Assembly (NCBI GenBank): GCA_045655765.1
Contig: JAZOQA010000059.1
Span: 1,544-65,543, forward strand
DNA from: Eubacteriales bacterium
GTDB lineage: Bacteria; Bacillota; Clostridia; Oscillospirales; CAG-272
Length of the DNA stretch: 64,000 bases
Direction: 5' to 3'
Under the pieces are notes generated by a model. It made no database searches, was not told the origin of the DNA, and worked only from the letters and a program-made list of their open reading frames with translations. This document shows, piece by piece, positions 20,746 through 32,217 of the stretch (positions within the stretch are counted from its first letter, which is position 1; every line of letters begins with the position of its first letter). The position numbers were made by a program, and so were the translations under genes.

Positions 20746-21379
20746 GTGTCTCTTTTTTAGCAAAAATCGGTGTAATTGCTTTCGGAAGTGCTTTTTGAGG
20801 TCGATATCTGGAAGCGAAAGCACGTTTTAGCCCTCAAAAAACGCCACAAGACGGCTTTTCAGCTCTTTTTGATGGGAAATACCGTACAAATAGCCGAATC
20901 CGCCTCTTGGACGAAAAATCGACAAATCAGAAAGAAAAGACCTACACTATTCCCAAAAAATTCCCGAGTTTGCGAAAAAAACTGCCTATTTGGGGTAACG
21001 GAGCTGCCATATGTGACGAATATTGCCTTAACTCAAAGATCGCTATATGAGATTGATTTGTTTACTAAATATCTCTTGGCGGTCTTGGCGGCCTAAAAAA
21101 CTCAAAAAACATTGCCGGGAAAAAGGATTTTGCTTAAAAACACTTGTGAAACCGAAAAATAAAGTCAATCTTACACAAAGTCTGCAGAAAGTGTATGGCA
21201 AATATTTAAAATAAAGTTCCCGCTCGCGCTAATGTTAGCAATAACTTATAATATATAATATTAAGTGAAAGCTAACACACCTTTACGGTCACACGCAAGC
21301 TTGATGAATTTGTCAGATATTTTACGTGTGAGAGCAATTTTTTATGAAAATCGAAGGGTTAGGATAACTATAACGGCGA

Positions 21380-21395
21380 TGTTTCACGTGAAACA
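21380..21395. promoter_or_regulatory. parS site (perfect)
   Basis: TGTTTCACGTGAAACA. Confidence 0.9.
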
Positions 21396-21488
21396 TTCAA
21401 AGAATTTGAGTAATTTTCGATTCTTTTTTAAATTTCTTTCAAAAACTGTATTATATAATAAAAAAATGCGTTTTTCAAATCGTTTTTT

Positions 21489-21504
21489 TGTTTCACGTGA
21501 AACA
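21489..21504. promoter_or_regulatory. parS site (perfect)
   Basis: TGTTTCACGTGAAACA. Confidence 0.9.
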
Positions 21505-21945
21505 TTTTTGTTTTTTATAAGCACTTCCATCTTTTTTCATTTTTTAGTTGTCAGAATACGTTTTTTCTTTAGCTACCAGATATGATTATTTGATAAAACC
21601 TAATGTTTAATTAAATTATCTCGCTTATAACCAAAAGCTTTTGTAAAACTGAGTTAATCGGTTGTTTTTTCAGCTTCAAACATTTTTTGGAAGAAAATGT
21701 ATATATTTCAACAATTTTTGCGTTTTTTATTTTACGATGAGCGTTTATGCAGATTTTTCTATAAAATAGAATATTGTTTTCGTAAAAATTGTTTTGAATA
21801 CAGAGGAACGCCTCTTCAAATCAAGAAAAAATGCTTATAAAATCGTAAAAATTACGAAATTTACATATGAATAAATATTACCATAAAATAAATAAAAATT
21901 CAAACCGATTTTAAATTATAACCCGCCGCTTCAACATTTTTTTGC

Positions 21946-21974
21946 TTGACTTTTTTCGTCCTGCGGTGTATAAT
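21946..21974 (+). promoter_or_regulatory. sigma-A-type promoter of the histidine phosphatase gene
   Basis: TTGACT (21946-21951), 17-nt spacer, TATAAT (21969-21974), about 40 nt upstream of ATG 22012. Confidence 0.7.
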
Positions 21975-22011
21975 ATAAGGTATGTATTAACGTTTTGCTT
22001 AGGAAAAAGAA

Positions 22012-22653
22012 ATGAAGACAAAGATTATTTTGCAAAGGCACGCCGAGAGCGTTGCCAACACCCTTCACATCTATGCCGGACATAGTGATTACGAGCTTTC
22101 TGCGCTCGGACACCGTCAAGCGAAATGTGCGGCTGACGCACTTGCTTCCGAGCGTGTAGATAAGATATATTCGAGTGACCTTTCAAGAACAAAGCAGACT
22201 GCCGAGCCGCACGCCGCCCTGCGTGGAATTGAGATAGCTTTCAAGAGCGAGCTTCGTGAGATGTTTCTTGGAGAATGGGACGGTATGGAAGTAAATCACT
22301 TGCGCGAGAGCTACCCTTACGAGGCTGTTTATTTATGGAATAATTTTTTTGGACTGGTACGTGCTCCGGGCGGTGAGAGTGCCCCCTCGGCGGCGGAACG
22401 CTTTTTTGCCGAGGTGAAGAAAATAGCCGAGGAAAACTGTGGTAAAACTGTTCTGATTGTTGCTCACGCTGCGGTCATTCGTCTGTTTTGGGGCAAGATG
22501 CTCGGCTTTGGTCCTGAGGAAATTGGCAGAAACGTCCCGTTTCCCGCAAACGCTTCGTTTTCGACCCTCGAGTACGGTGACGGAGACTTTACTCCCATTG
22601 AATATTCAAATGCAGAGCATCTAAAAACGCTCGCATCGGAGCTGCTCAACTGA
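22012..22653 (+). CDS. histidine phosphatase family protein (phosphoglycerate mutase-like)
   Basis: 213 aa with N-terminal catalytic RHAES (RHG-type) motif and a later H in VAHAAVIR. Confidence 0.8.
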   Translation: MKTKIILQRHAESVANTLHIYAGHSDYELSALGHRQAKCAADALASERVDKIYSSDLSRTKQTAEPHAALRGIEIAFKSELREMFLGEWDGMEVNHLRESYPYEAVYLWNNFFGLVRAPGGESAPSAAERFFAEVKKIAEENCGKTVLIVAHAAVIRLFWGKMLGFGPEEIGRNVPFPANASFSTLEYGDGDFTPIEYSNAEHLKTLASELLN

Positions 22654-22813
22654 ATAAATATTCAAAAATTATACTGTTTTATAATTTTGTTTTTCAAAAA
22701 AGTGCATAATTTGTGGAGATTAAAATTACACAGACCTCTAGCGTTTTTATTTTGCTAAAAGGTGTTTTTTAAACGTGCTTTTCTTTTTTAGTTCATTTTT
22801 TAGGAGTCTTTAA

Positions 22814-24157
22814 ATGAAAATTTCACTTTCAGGGCATTTCGGCTACGGAAAACTCTTAAGGTTCACCCTGCCGACGATAGCTATGATGATTTTCACGTCG
22901 ATTTATGGCGTGGTTGACGGCTTTTTTGTCTCGAACTTTGCGGGCAAGGAGGAGTTTACGGCGGTCAATCTGATAATGCCGTATCTGATGATACTTGGCG
23001 GAATAGGCTTTATGTTCGGTGCGGGCGGAAGTGCCCTTATTGCAAAGAGGCTTGGCGAGGGACGCAGTGAGGATGCAAGGAGCCTGTTTTCGCTAGTTGT
23101 GTACACCACTCTTGCGGTAGGTGTTGCTTTTGCCGCTTTTGGAATTTTTCTTTTACCAAAGGTCGCCGCCTTGCTTGGAGCGGTGGGGGATATGCTCGAT
23201 TTATGTGTTTGCTATGGACGTATAATCCTTTTTGCACTGCCGTTTTTTATGCTTCAAATGGAGTTCCAAACGTTTATGATTACGGCGGAGCGACCGAAGC
23301 TTGGTTTTGCGGTGACTGTTGGAGCGGGGTGTGTAAACATTGTTTTGGACGCTCTTTTTGTAGCTGTATTTGACTGGGGTCTGGCAGGTGCGGCTGTCGC
23401 AACGGCAACAAGCCAGCTTGTTGGAGGAGTCATTCCTGTGATTTTCTTTATATTCACTAAAAAATCTACTCTACGCCTTGGCAGGACACGCTTTGAGGGC
23501 AGGGCTCTTTTAAAGGTTTTTACAAATGGCTCATCAGAGCTTCTTGCCAACATTTCGATGTCTGTTGTGTCTATGCTCTATAATTTTCAGCTTATTAAAT
23601 ATGAGGGAGAGGACGGGGTTGCGGCGTACGGAGTGCTTATGTACGTAAGTATGATTTTTTCCGCTATTTTCATTGGATTTTCTGTTGGGGTGTCACCCGT
23701 GTTGAGTTTTCACTACGGTGCGGCGAATAAATCGGAATTGAAAAACATTCTCTTTAAGAGCTTTTTAATCATTGGAGTGTCATCTGTTTGTATGGTTTTG
23801 CTCGCCCTTGGACTTGCACATCCTCTATCTTTGATTTTTGTCGGCTATGACAAGGGGCTTTACGATCTTACGGTTGGCGGCTTTTACATCTTTTCGCTTT
23901 CGTTTATGTTCTGCGGCTTTGCTATCTATCTTTCGAGCTTCTTTACTGCTCTTAATGACGGGTTGACGTCAGCGCTCATATCCTTTTTGCGTACTCTCGT
24001 AATTCAGGTGGCGCTTATTCTGCTCTTGCCTATTTGGCTTGACACAAACGGAATATGGGCATCTCTTGCCGTATCCGAGCTTTGTGCGGCACTCGTTGCC
24101 CTTTGCTTCTTGTTTGCAAAGAGGAAAAAGTACGGATATATGCAAAAAGATGCATAG
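22814..24157 (+). CDS. MATE family efflux transporter
   Basis: 447 aa, about 12 TM helices, with a typical MATE N-terminus (LLRFTLPTIAMMIFTSIYGVVDGFFV). Confidence 0.85.
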   Translation: MKISLSGHFGYGKLLRFTLPTIAMMIFTSIYGVVDGFFVSNFAGKEEFTAVNLIMPYLMILGGIGFMFGAGGSALIAKRLGEGRSEDARSLFSLVVYTTLAVGVAFAAFGIFLLPKVAALLGAVGDMLDLCVCYGRIILFALPFFMLQMEFQTFMITAERPKLGFAVTVGAGCVNIVLDALFVAVFDWGLAGAAVATATSQLVGGVIPVIFFIFTKKSTLRLGRTRFEGRALLKVFTNGSSELLANISMSVVSMLYNFQLIKYEGEDGVAAYGVLMYVSMIFSAIFIGFSVGVSPVLSFHYGAANKSELKNILFKSFLIIGVSSVCMVLLALGLAHPLSLIFVGYDKGLYDLTVGGFYIFSLSFMFCGFAIYLSSFFTALNDGLTSALISFLRTLVIQVALILLLPIWLDTNGIWASLAVSELCAALVALCFLFAKRKKYGYMQKDA

Positions 24158-24272
24158 AAAGAGCAGGGGCTGTTTTTCTCGTTTATCTCTACACGGGTCG
24201 GCACTTTTTCTTCAAAAAAGTAAACTATACTTTACAAAACAGAATACGCTAATCTTTTTTGGCTACGCATAC

Positions 24273-24308
24273 AAAAAAAGCAGAGAACTTTGATCCTCTG
24301 CTTTTTTT
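24273..24308. terminator. bidirectional terminator between the MATE gene and dnaJ
   Basis: AAAAAAAGCAGAG-loop-CTCTGCTTTTTTT. Confidence 0.75.
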
Positions 24309-24381
24309 GTGTTTTTTATAGAATTGGGGCGTGTCAAAAATCGCTAATAAAAGCACACTTGTTGCACTAGAGCTATAGTCT

Positions 24382-25518
24382 TTATTTATTGAATAGCTTT
24401 TTGAAGAAGCTTTTGCTCTTTGCTTCGTTGCCATCGCCGAGCGAGTCTGCAAATGCGGCAAGCAGCTTTTTCTGCTCCTGCGAGAGATTTTTAGGTGTCT
24501 CTACTGTCACGGTGAAAATAAGGTCGCCCTTACGCTTACTTTTGACGTCGGTGATTCCGTGACCCTTGATTGTAAAGGTTGTGCCGGTCTGCGTTCCCTC
24601 GGGGATTTGATAAGTCTCCTTAGCCCCGCCAAGGCCGGGGATTTCTATTTCACCGCCGAGTGCGGCTGTCGCAAAGGAGATTGGGACATCACAATACACG
24701 TTGTTGCCCTCACGGTGGAAGAACTTGTGAGGTCTAACTCTTGCTTCTATGATAAGATCTCCTGTTTCACCGCCGTTTCTGCCGACTGAGCCTTGAGCTC
24801 TTCTTATAATTCTGTTTCCGTCGTCTATGCCTGCGGGGATTGTAAGCTCGGATTTCTTCGTCACTCTTACAAAGCCCTTGCCGTTGCAGCCCTTGCAGGG
24901 GGATTTGACAATTTTTCCTGTTCCACGGCACGAGGAGCAGGTCGCTTGCGACTGCATTCTTCCGAACATAGTCTGTTGCTGAACCGTAACTCTTCCCGTT
25001 CCTCGACAGGTAGCACAGGTCTCGGGCTTCGTACCCTTTTCGGCACCCGAGCCACCGCATTCGTCACACGCTTCAACACGGGGGTAGCTTATATTCTTTT
25101 TACAACCGAAAACTGCCTCGTCAAAGCTCAGGTCTACCCTGATGACAATGTCCTCTCCGTCTATCGGTGCATTCTGCGCCGAGCGAGAGCGTCCGCCGCC
25201 GAAGAACGATGAGAAAATGTCGCCAAAGTCAAAGCCTTCGCCGCCAAATCCACCGAAGCCACCAAATCCGCTACCGCCACCTGCAGCGGGGTCGAACGCT
25301 GCGTGACCGTACTGGTCGTATTTTGCACGCTTGTCGTTGTCCGAAAGAATCTCGTATGCCTCGTTGGCTTCCTTGAATTTTGCCTCAGCCTCGGCGTCCC
25401 CGGGATTCATATCGGGGTGATATTTTTTGGCGAGCGAACGGTATGCCTTCTTTATTTCATCGGTGCTTGCCGTCTTGCCGACGCCCAGCACCTCGTAGTA
25501 ATCACGTTTTTCTGCCAT
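24382..25518 (-). CDS. dnaJ: molecular chaperone DnaJ
   Basis: J domain with HPD, G/F-rich region, four CxxCxGxG zinc-finger repeats. Confidence 0.95.
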   Translation of the reverse strand: MAEKRDYYEVLGVGKTASTDEIKKAYRSLAKKYHPDMNPGDAEAEAKFKEANEAYEILSDNDKRAKYDQYGHAAFDPAAGGGSGFGGFGGFGGEGFDFGDIFSSFFGGGRSRSAQNAPIDGEDIVIRVDLSFDEAVFGCKKNISYPRVEACDECGGSGAEKGTKPETCATCRGTGRVTVQQQTMFGRMQSQATCSSCRGTGKIVKSPCKGCNGKGFVRVTKKSELTIPAGIDDGNRIIRRAQGSVGRNGGETGDLIIEARVRPHKFFHREGNNVYCDVPISFATAALGGEIEIPGLGGAKETYQIPEGTQTGTTFTIKGHGITDVKSKRKGDLIFTVTVETPKNLSQEQKKLLAAFADSLGDGNEAKSKSFFKKLFNK

Positions 25519-25547
25519 TTAAGTTTCCTTTTGCTGTCGGATTTTTT

Positions 25548-25567
25548 ATGTAAACCAAAGTTTACAT
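25548..25567. repeat. 20-bp palindromic box (dnaK/dnaJ junction)
   Basis: ATGTAAACCAAAGTTTACAT. Arms are perfect and the centre differs. Confidence 0.75.
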
Positions 25568-25725
25568 TTTTTGCGTTTTTGCAAAACCTTAAGCTATAGG
25601 TCGAGGTGACTTCCTATTTAGTTGTTTTTGCTCAAAAACGCTCCTATTTGTGCATATCTCCCTCGCAGGTCGGTGTGTCTTCCGCCCACGAGGGAGTCTT
25701 TTAATTTTACACGGGGTCAAGCTTA

Positions 25726-28112
<2,387 letters not shown>

Positions 28113-28185
28113 GTCTGTTTCCTCCTTTGAAGTGCCTTGCTTAATAATTGATTTAATTTAACACGTATATGCTCATTTTTAATAA

Positions 28186-28205
28186 ATGTAAACTTTAATT
28201 TACAT
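28186..28205. repeat. 20-bp palindromic box (hrcA/grpE junction)
   Basis: ATGTAAACTTTAATTTACAT. Overlaps the last codons and stop of hrcA. Confidence 0.8.
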
Positions 28206-29262
28206 CGTCACCACCCGAGAGAAGTCTGCCCTCACCAAACATTCTGTCAAGCCCCGAGGCAAGCTGATTTATCATCTCTATGACCTTTGAATAGTTCATA
28301 CGCTTCGGACCTATGACGCCGACCGAAAGCTGCTTGCCGCCTAAGTGAACCGTCTTGAAAATCATTGAAGTGTCACTCATAACCTCGTCCAAACCGTCGC
28401 CGCCGATGTAAACGTGTATGTCGTCCTCGGCAGAGGCGTGGCTTGAGATTACGTCGAGCAGCTTATCCTTTTCTTCAAGCACTCCGAGCAGCTCCCTGAC
28501 CTTTGAAACGTCGGAATACTCAGGGTATTGAAGCAGCTTTGTGACACCCTCAAGCTTTATATCTGCGGTGTCAAGCTCGCTCATTGTCTCGTATATGATT
28601 TTGACCGTGGGGTGCACCATAGCAGAGACTGATCCCATCAAGGATTCAATGCGGACTATAATTGGCATTGCGATTTCGTCACTCGTAAGATTGACAAGGT
28701 AGATGTTTAAGGCCTCCGTAAACCTGCGAAGCTCCTCCTCTTTGAGTGAAAAGCTGAGATGTATGGTCTTTGCTTTTACGGTCTCCTCAGAGAACATCAT
28801 AACAAGCAGAAAATCCTTTGGCGAGATATAAACGCTGTCAAACTTGTTGATTCTGACCTTTGCTTCGCCCGACTTGAACGCAATCCCTGTGTAGTCGGTG
28901 AATGAGGAGGCAAGCCTGGACGCTTCGCTGAGAATCTCGTCCATTTCCGTCATCTTATAACGGAGCTTTTCGTTAATTTCATCTATTTCCGTGCGGGTTT
29001 CATTATACTGCTTGACGAGGGATTCTACGTAGAAGCTGTAGCCTTGCCTTGACGGAATTCTGCCGGCAGAGGTGTGCGGCTGCACAAGGTATCCCATTTG
29101 CTCAAGCTCCGCCATCTCGTTTCTGATTGTTGCGGAGGAGCAGCTGATCCTTTCATCGTCTGCTAAGAATTTAGAGCCGACCGGCTCACCGTGATTTATG
29201 TGAGCGTCAACTATCGCTTTCAAAATCTGCTTTTTCCTTGGAGAAAGTCTCGAATCGTCCAC
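28195..29262 (-). CDS. hrcA: heat-inducible transcription repressor HrcA
   Basis: Typical HrcA N-terminus (LSPRKKQILKAIVDAHI). Start revised to in-frame GTG at 29262 behind AAGAGGTG, because the track's start at 29379 would place the CIRCE operator and promoter inside the gene. Confidence 0.88.
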   Translation of the reverse strand: MDDSRLSPRKKQILKAIVDAHINHGEPVGSKFLADDERISCSSATIRNEMAELEQMGYLVQPHTSAGRIPSRQGYSFYVESLVKQYNETRTEIDEINEKLRYKMTEMDEILSEASRLASSFTDYTGIAFKSGEAKVRINKFDSVYISPKDFLLVMMFSEETVKAKTIHLSFSLKEEELRRFTEALNIYLVNLTSDEIAMPIIVRIESLMGSVSAMVHPTVKIIYETMSELDTADIKLEGVTKLLQYPEYSDVSKVRELLGVLEEKDKLLDVISSHASAEDDIHVYIGGDGLDEVMSDTSMIFKTVHLGGKQLSVGVIGPKRMNYSKVIEMINQLASGLDRMFGEGRLLSGGDDVN

Positions 29263-29282
29263 AGTGTCACCTCTTTTCGCTT

Positions 29283-29309
29283 TTAGCACTTGAACGGGTC
29301 GAGTGCTAA
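29283..29309. promoter_or_regulatory. CIRCE operator (HrcA binding site)
   Basis: TTAGCACTT-GAACGGGTC-GAGTGCTAA. One mismatch to TTAGCACTC-N9-GAGTGCTAA. Confidence 0.92.
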
Positions 29310-29322
29310 ACTTGTCACTAAT

Positions 29323-29351
29323 AATATATACTTTTTTCTGCCCCGTGTCAA
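29323..29351 (-). promoter_or_regulatory. sigma-A-type promoter of the hrcA-grpE-dnaK-dnaJ operon
   Basis: Minus strand reads TTGACA (29351-29346), 17 nt, TATATT (29328-29323), immediately upstream of CIRCE. Confidence 0.7.
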
Positions 29352-29583
29352 GTAGTTGTGTTAATTTTTTTTTGAACAAACTGTTAATATTTAGCCAAGT
29401 TGGGTGGCAAGTGCCAAAAAATGTCGCAAAAAGGAATGCTCATCGGCACATCAAACAAATGCGGCGGCTTACATTATTAGTTAGTATTGCGTAAGGCGTG
29501 ACTTTTATGTGCTTTTTGCTCCGTTTGACGGTGCTTTTTGATGCTTGATTTTGTAGAAGTGCAAGTTTTTATTATAAACTCTC

Positions 29584-29612
29584 TTGACTTTACTTCTTAA
29601 ATATTATATAAT
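29584..29612 (+). promoter_or_regulatory. sigma-A-type promoter of rny
   Basis: TTGACT, 17 nt, TATAAT. Leaves an approximately 125-nt leader. Confidence 0.7.
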
Positions 29613-29741
29613 ATATTCGTATGATTGTTTGCTTGTTTAGGATTGACCTGTGCGGAAAGGACGCTCCGATGCGGCAAGGCTCATATTAAAATTTATCTAT
29701 TACGGACATAGATTACAAAAGTAATCGTAAGGAGGTGTAAA

Positions 29742-31286
29742 ATGGAAGATTGGCTTTTAGGTACAATCTGTGCTGTCGGCGGTGTTATAATCGGTGCGAT
29801 TTTCGGAATTGTATTATATAAAATCAGTGCAAAGAAGAGACTTGGCTCAGCAGAATCACAGGCGAAGCACATACTTGAAGATGCAATCAAAAATGCGGAG
29901 AGTGCAAAGAAGGAATCCCTGATCTCCGCAAAGGAAGAGATATTCCAGCTTAAAAGAGATGCGGACATCGAAATCAAGGAGCGTCGCAAGGAGGTCTCCA
30001 AGCTTGAAAGGAGAGTTACTCAAAAGGAAGAGACGCTTGATGCAAAGCTTGAGGGAATCGAGAGAAAGGAGCTTGTACTCCAAGAAAAATCAAACGAGCT
30101 TGACAGAATCAAGGAGGAGATAAGAAAAACTCTCGACGGACAGGTTGCTATGCTTGAAAAAATTGCGGGTCTTTCCCGTGAGGCGGCAAAGGCAGAGCTT
30201 GTTGCAAGGCTTGATTCGGAAATGAAGCACGAGACCGCACTTAAAATTGCGGAGTATGAGGAGCAATTCCGTGAGGAGGCTGATGCAAAGGCGAAGGACA
30301 TTCTCTCTCTTGCCATTCAGCGTTGTGCCGCAGACCACGTAAGTGAAATTGCTATCTCTGTCGTTCAGATTCCCGGAGATGAAATGAAGGGAAGAATTAT
30401 CGGACGAGAGGGAAGAAACATACGTACTATCGAGAATCTTACGGGTGTTGAGCTTATTATAGACGACACGCCTGACGTTATAACCGTTTCAGGCTTTGAC
30501 CCTGTAAGGCGCGAGATTGCGAGAATAGCGCTTGAAAAGCTTGTCAGCGACGGAAGAATCCACCCTGCAAGAATTGAAGAAACCGTAGAAAAAGCAAAGC
30601 GTGACGTTGACGGAGCAATCAAGCAGGCGGGTGAACGTGCAGTCTTTGAAACGGGCGTACACGGACTGAATCCCGAGCTTATAAAGCTTCTTGGACGTAT
30701 GAAGTACCGCACTTCTTACGGGCAGAACGCTTTAAGACATTCCATAGAGGTATCTATGCTTGCGGGTGTCATAGCAGATGAAATCGGTGCAGACGTAACG
30801 ATGGCAAAGCGTGCGGGACTGCTTCACGATATAGGAAAGGCTGTGACAAGCGAGGCAGAGGGCTCGCACATTCAGCTCGGCGTAGAGCTTGCGACGAAGT
30901 ACCGTGAGAACAAGGAAATCATCCACGCCATAGAGGCACATCACGGTGACGTAGAGCCTAAATCTCTGCTTGACTTTATAATCCAGGCAGCCGACGCAAT
31001 AAGTGCGGCAAGACCCGGCGCACGCCGTGAGGACGTAGAGAACTACATCAAGCGTCTGCAAAAGCTCGAGGAGGTTGCGGGCAGCTTTGAGGGTATTGAA
31101 AAGACGTTTGCAATTCAGGCGGGCAGAGAGGTCAGAATTATGGTCAAGCCCGAGGTCATCAGCGACGATGCAATGAAGCTTCTTGCAAGAGATATCGCAA
31201 AGAAGATTGAAAACGAGCTTGATTATCCCGGACAAATCAAGGTCAGCGTAATTCGTGAGTCCCGTCACGTCGATTACGCAAAATAA
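29742..31286 (+). CDS. rny: ribonuclease Y
   Basis: 514 aa with N-terminal TM helix, coiled-coil, KH domain ([12 protein letters not shown]) and HD domain (LLHDIGKA). Confidence 0.93.
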   Translation: MEDWLLGTICAVGGVIIGAIFGIVLYKISAKKRLGSAESQAKHILEDAIKNAESAKKESLISAKEEIFQLKRDADIEIKERRKEVSKLERRVTQKEETLDAKLEGIERKELVLQEKSNELDRIKEEIRKTLDGQVAMLEKIAGLSREAAKAELVARLDSEMKHETALKIAEYEEQFREEADAKAKDILSLAIQRCAADHVSEIAISVVQIPGDEMKGRIIGREGRNIRTIENLTGVELIIDDTPDVITVSGFDPVRREIARIALEKLVSDGRIHPARIEETVEKAKRDVDGAIKQAGERAVFETGVHGLNPELIKLLGRMKYRTSYGQNALRHSIEVSMLAGVIADEIGADVTMAKRAGLLHDIGKAVTSEAEGSHIQLGVELATKYRENKEIIHAIEAHHGDVEPKSLLDFIIQAADAISAARPGARREDVENYIKRLQKLEEVAGSFEGIEKTFAIQAGREVRIMVKPEVISDDAMKLLARDIAKKIENELDYPGQIKVSVIRESRHVDYAK

Positions 31287-31410
31287 TTTCCGAAAAGAAA
31301 AAGCTGAATTTCAGCAAAAACCAACCTCCTCTAAAAACAGGGGAGGTTGATTTTTCCCGAAAAATCAACACGGGTCATAGGGAACCCGATAGAAAGCTAA
31401 AGAAACTGAT

Positions 31411-32184
31411 ATGAAAATTCTTGCAATAGGCGACGTGACAAGCCCTCGGGGAGTCGAGCATCTTTGTAAAAAGCTCTGGAGCGTAAGAGAAGCGGAAAAA
31501 ATTGATTTTTGCATAGTAAACGGAGAGAACGCCTCGCTGATTACGGGCATCTCGCCCGAGCTTGCGGAGCAGCTTTTGCGTGGCGGTGCGGACGTCATCA
31601 CAGGCGGCAATCACACTCTACGCAATAAAAAGGTGTACACCTACCTTGACGAGGAGGAAAGGATTCTCCGTCCTGTTAATTTCGGTGATGCGGCACCCGG
31701 TCAGGGGTACGGAATTTACGATGCGCTCGGATATAGAATTCTTGTGATTTCGGCAATGGGCAACGTCTATATGGACCCAATTCTCGACTCGCCCTTTTTG
31801 TGGATTGACCGTATACTTAAAGAGCAGACGGGCAGATATGATTTTTCCGTACTTGACGTTCACGCAGAGGCAACGGGGGAGAAGCTTGCTGTCGCTTATG
31901 CTTATGACGGGCGTATAAACGTCGTTTTTGGAACGCACACTCACGTGCCTACCGCAGACGGACGGATTCTGCCTCTTGGAACAGGATATATAAGCGACCT
32001 TGGAATGTGCGGAGAGAGCGGCGGCATTCTCGGAATGGACCCCACGGGTGTCGTTGAAAAAATGAGAACAAAGCTGCCTGCCAAATTCACACCCGCCTCG
32101 GGCGAGGTTACAGCAGACGGTGTAATCTTCACCCTCGACACCTCGTCGGGCAGAGTGACCGATATTAAACGCATAGCGTTTTAA
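31411..32184 (+). CDS. ymdB: YmdB-like metallophosphoesterase (2',3'-cyclic-nucleotide phosphodiesterase family)
   Basis: MKILAIGDV..., GNH and GTHTHV motifs. The rny-ymdB order is conserved. Confidence 0.85.
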   Translation: MKILAIGDVTSPRGVEHLCKKLWSVREAEKIDFCIVNGENASLITGISPELAEQLLRGGADVITGGNHTLRNKKVYTYLDEEERILRPVNFGDAAPGQGYGIYDALGYRILVISAMGNVYMDPILDSPFLWIDRILKEQTGRYDFSVLDVHAEATGEKLAVAYAYDGRINVVFGTHTHVPTADGRILPLGTGYISDLGMCGESGGILGMDPTGVVEKMRTKLPAKFTPASGEVTADGVIFTLDTSSGRVTDIKRIAF

Positions 32185-32203
32185 TGTAAACTTTAATTTA
32201 CAG
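32184..32203. repeat. 20-bp palindromic box (ymdB/mnmG junction)
   Basis: ATGTAAACTTTAATTTACAg, 19/20 identical to the copy at 28186. Confidence 0.8.
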
Positions 32204-32217
32204 AAAGGATTCTCAAA

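Noticed and set aside
20776-21585. Two 106-aa ORFs (20776-21096 and 21265-21585) in the gene-free region.
   Set aside because: They have no Shine-Dalgarno, non-ATG or poorly supported starts, and no recognisable domains. The second ORF reads through two parS palindromes and poly-T/A runs. I treat them as non-coding.
25700-25720. Apparent over-representation of TT(T/A)ACACGGG(G/T). Seen near 1575, 17690 (minus strand), 25708, 43224, 47750 and 50925, with weaker copies near 28160, 31374 and 61249.
   Set aside because: The copies are a mix of coding and non-coding, with no consistent position relative to genes and no consistent partner element (-10 or palindrome). It may reflect k-mer or codon bias and needs a genome-wide statistical test before it means anything.
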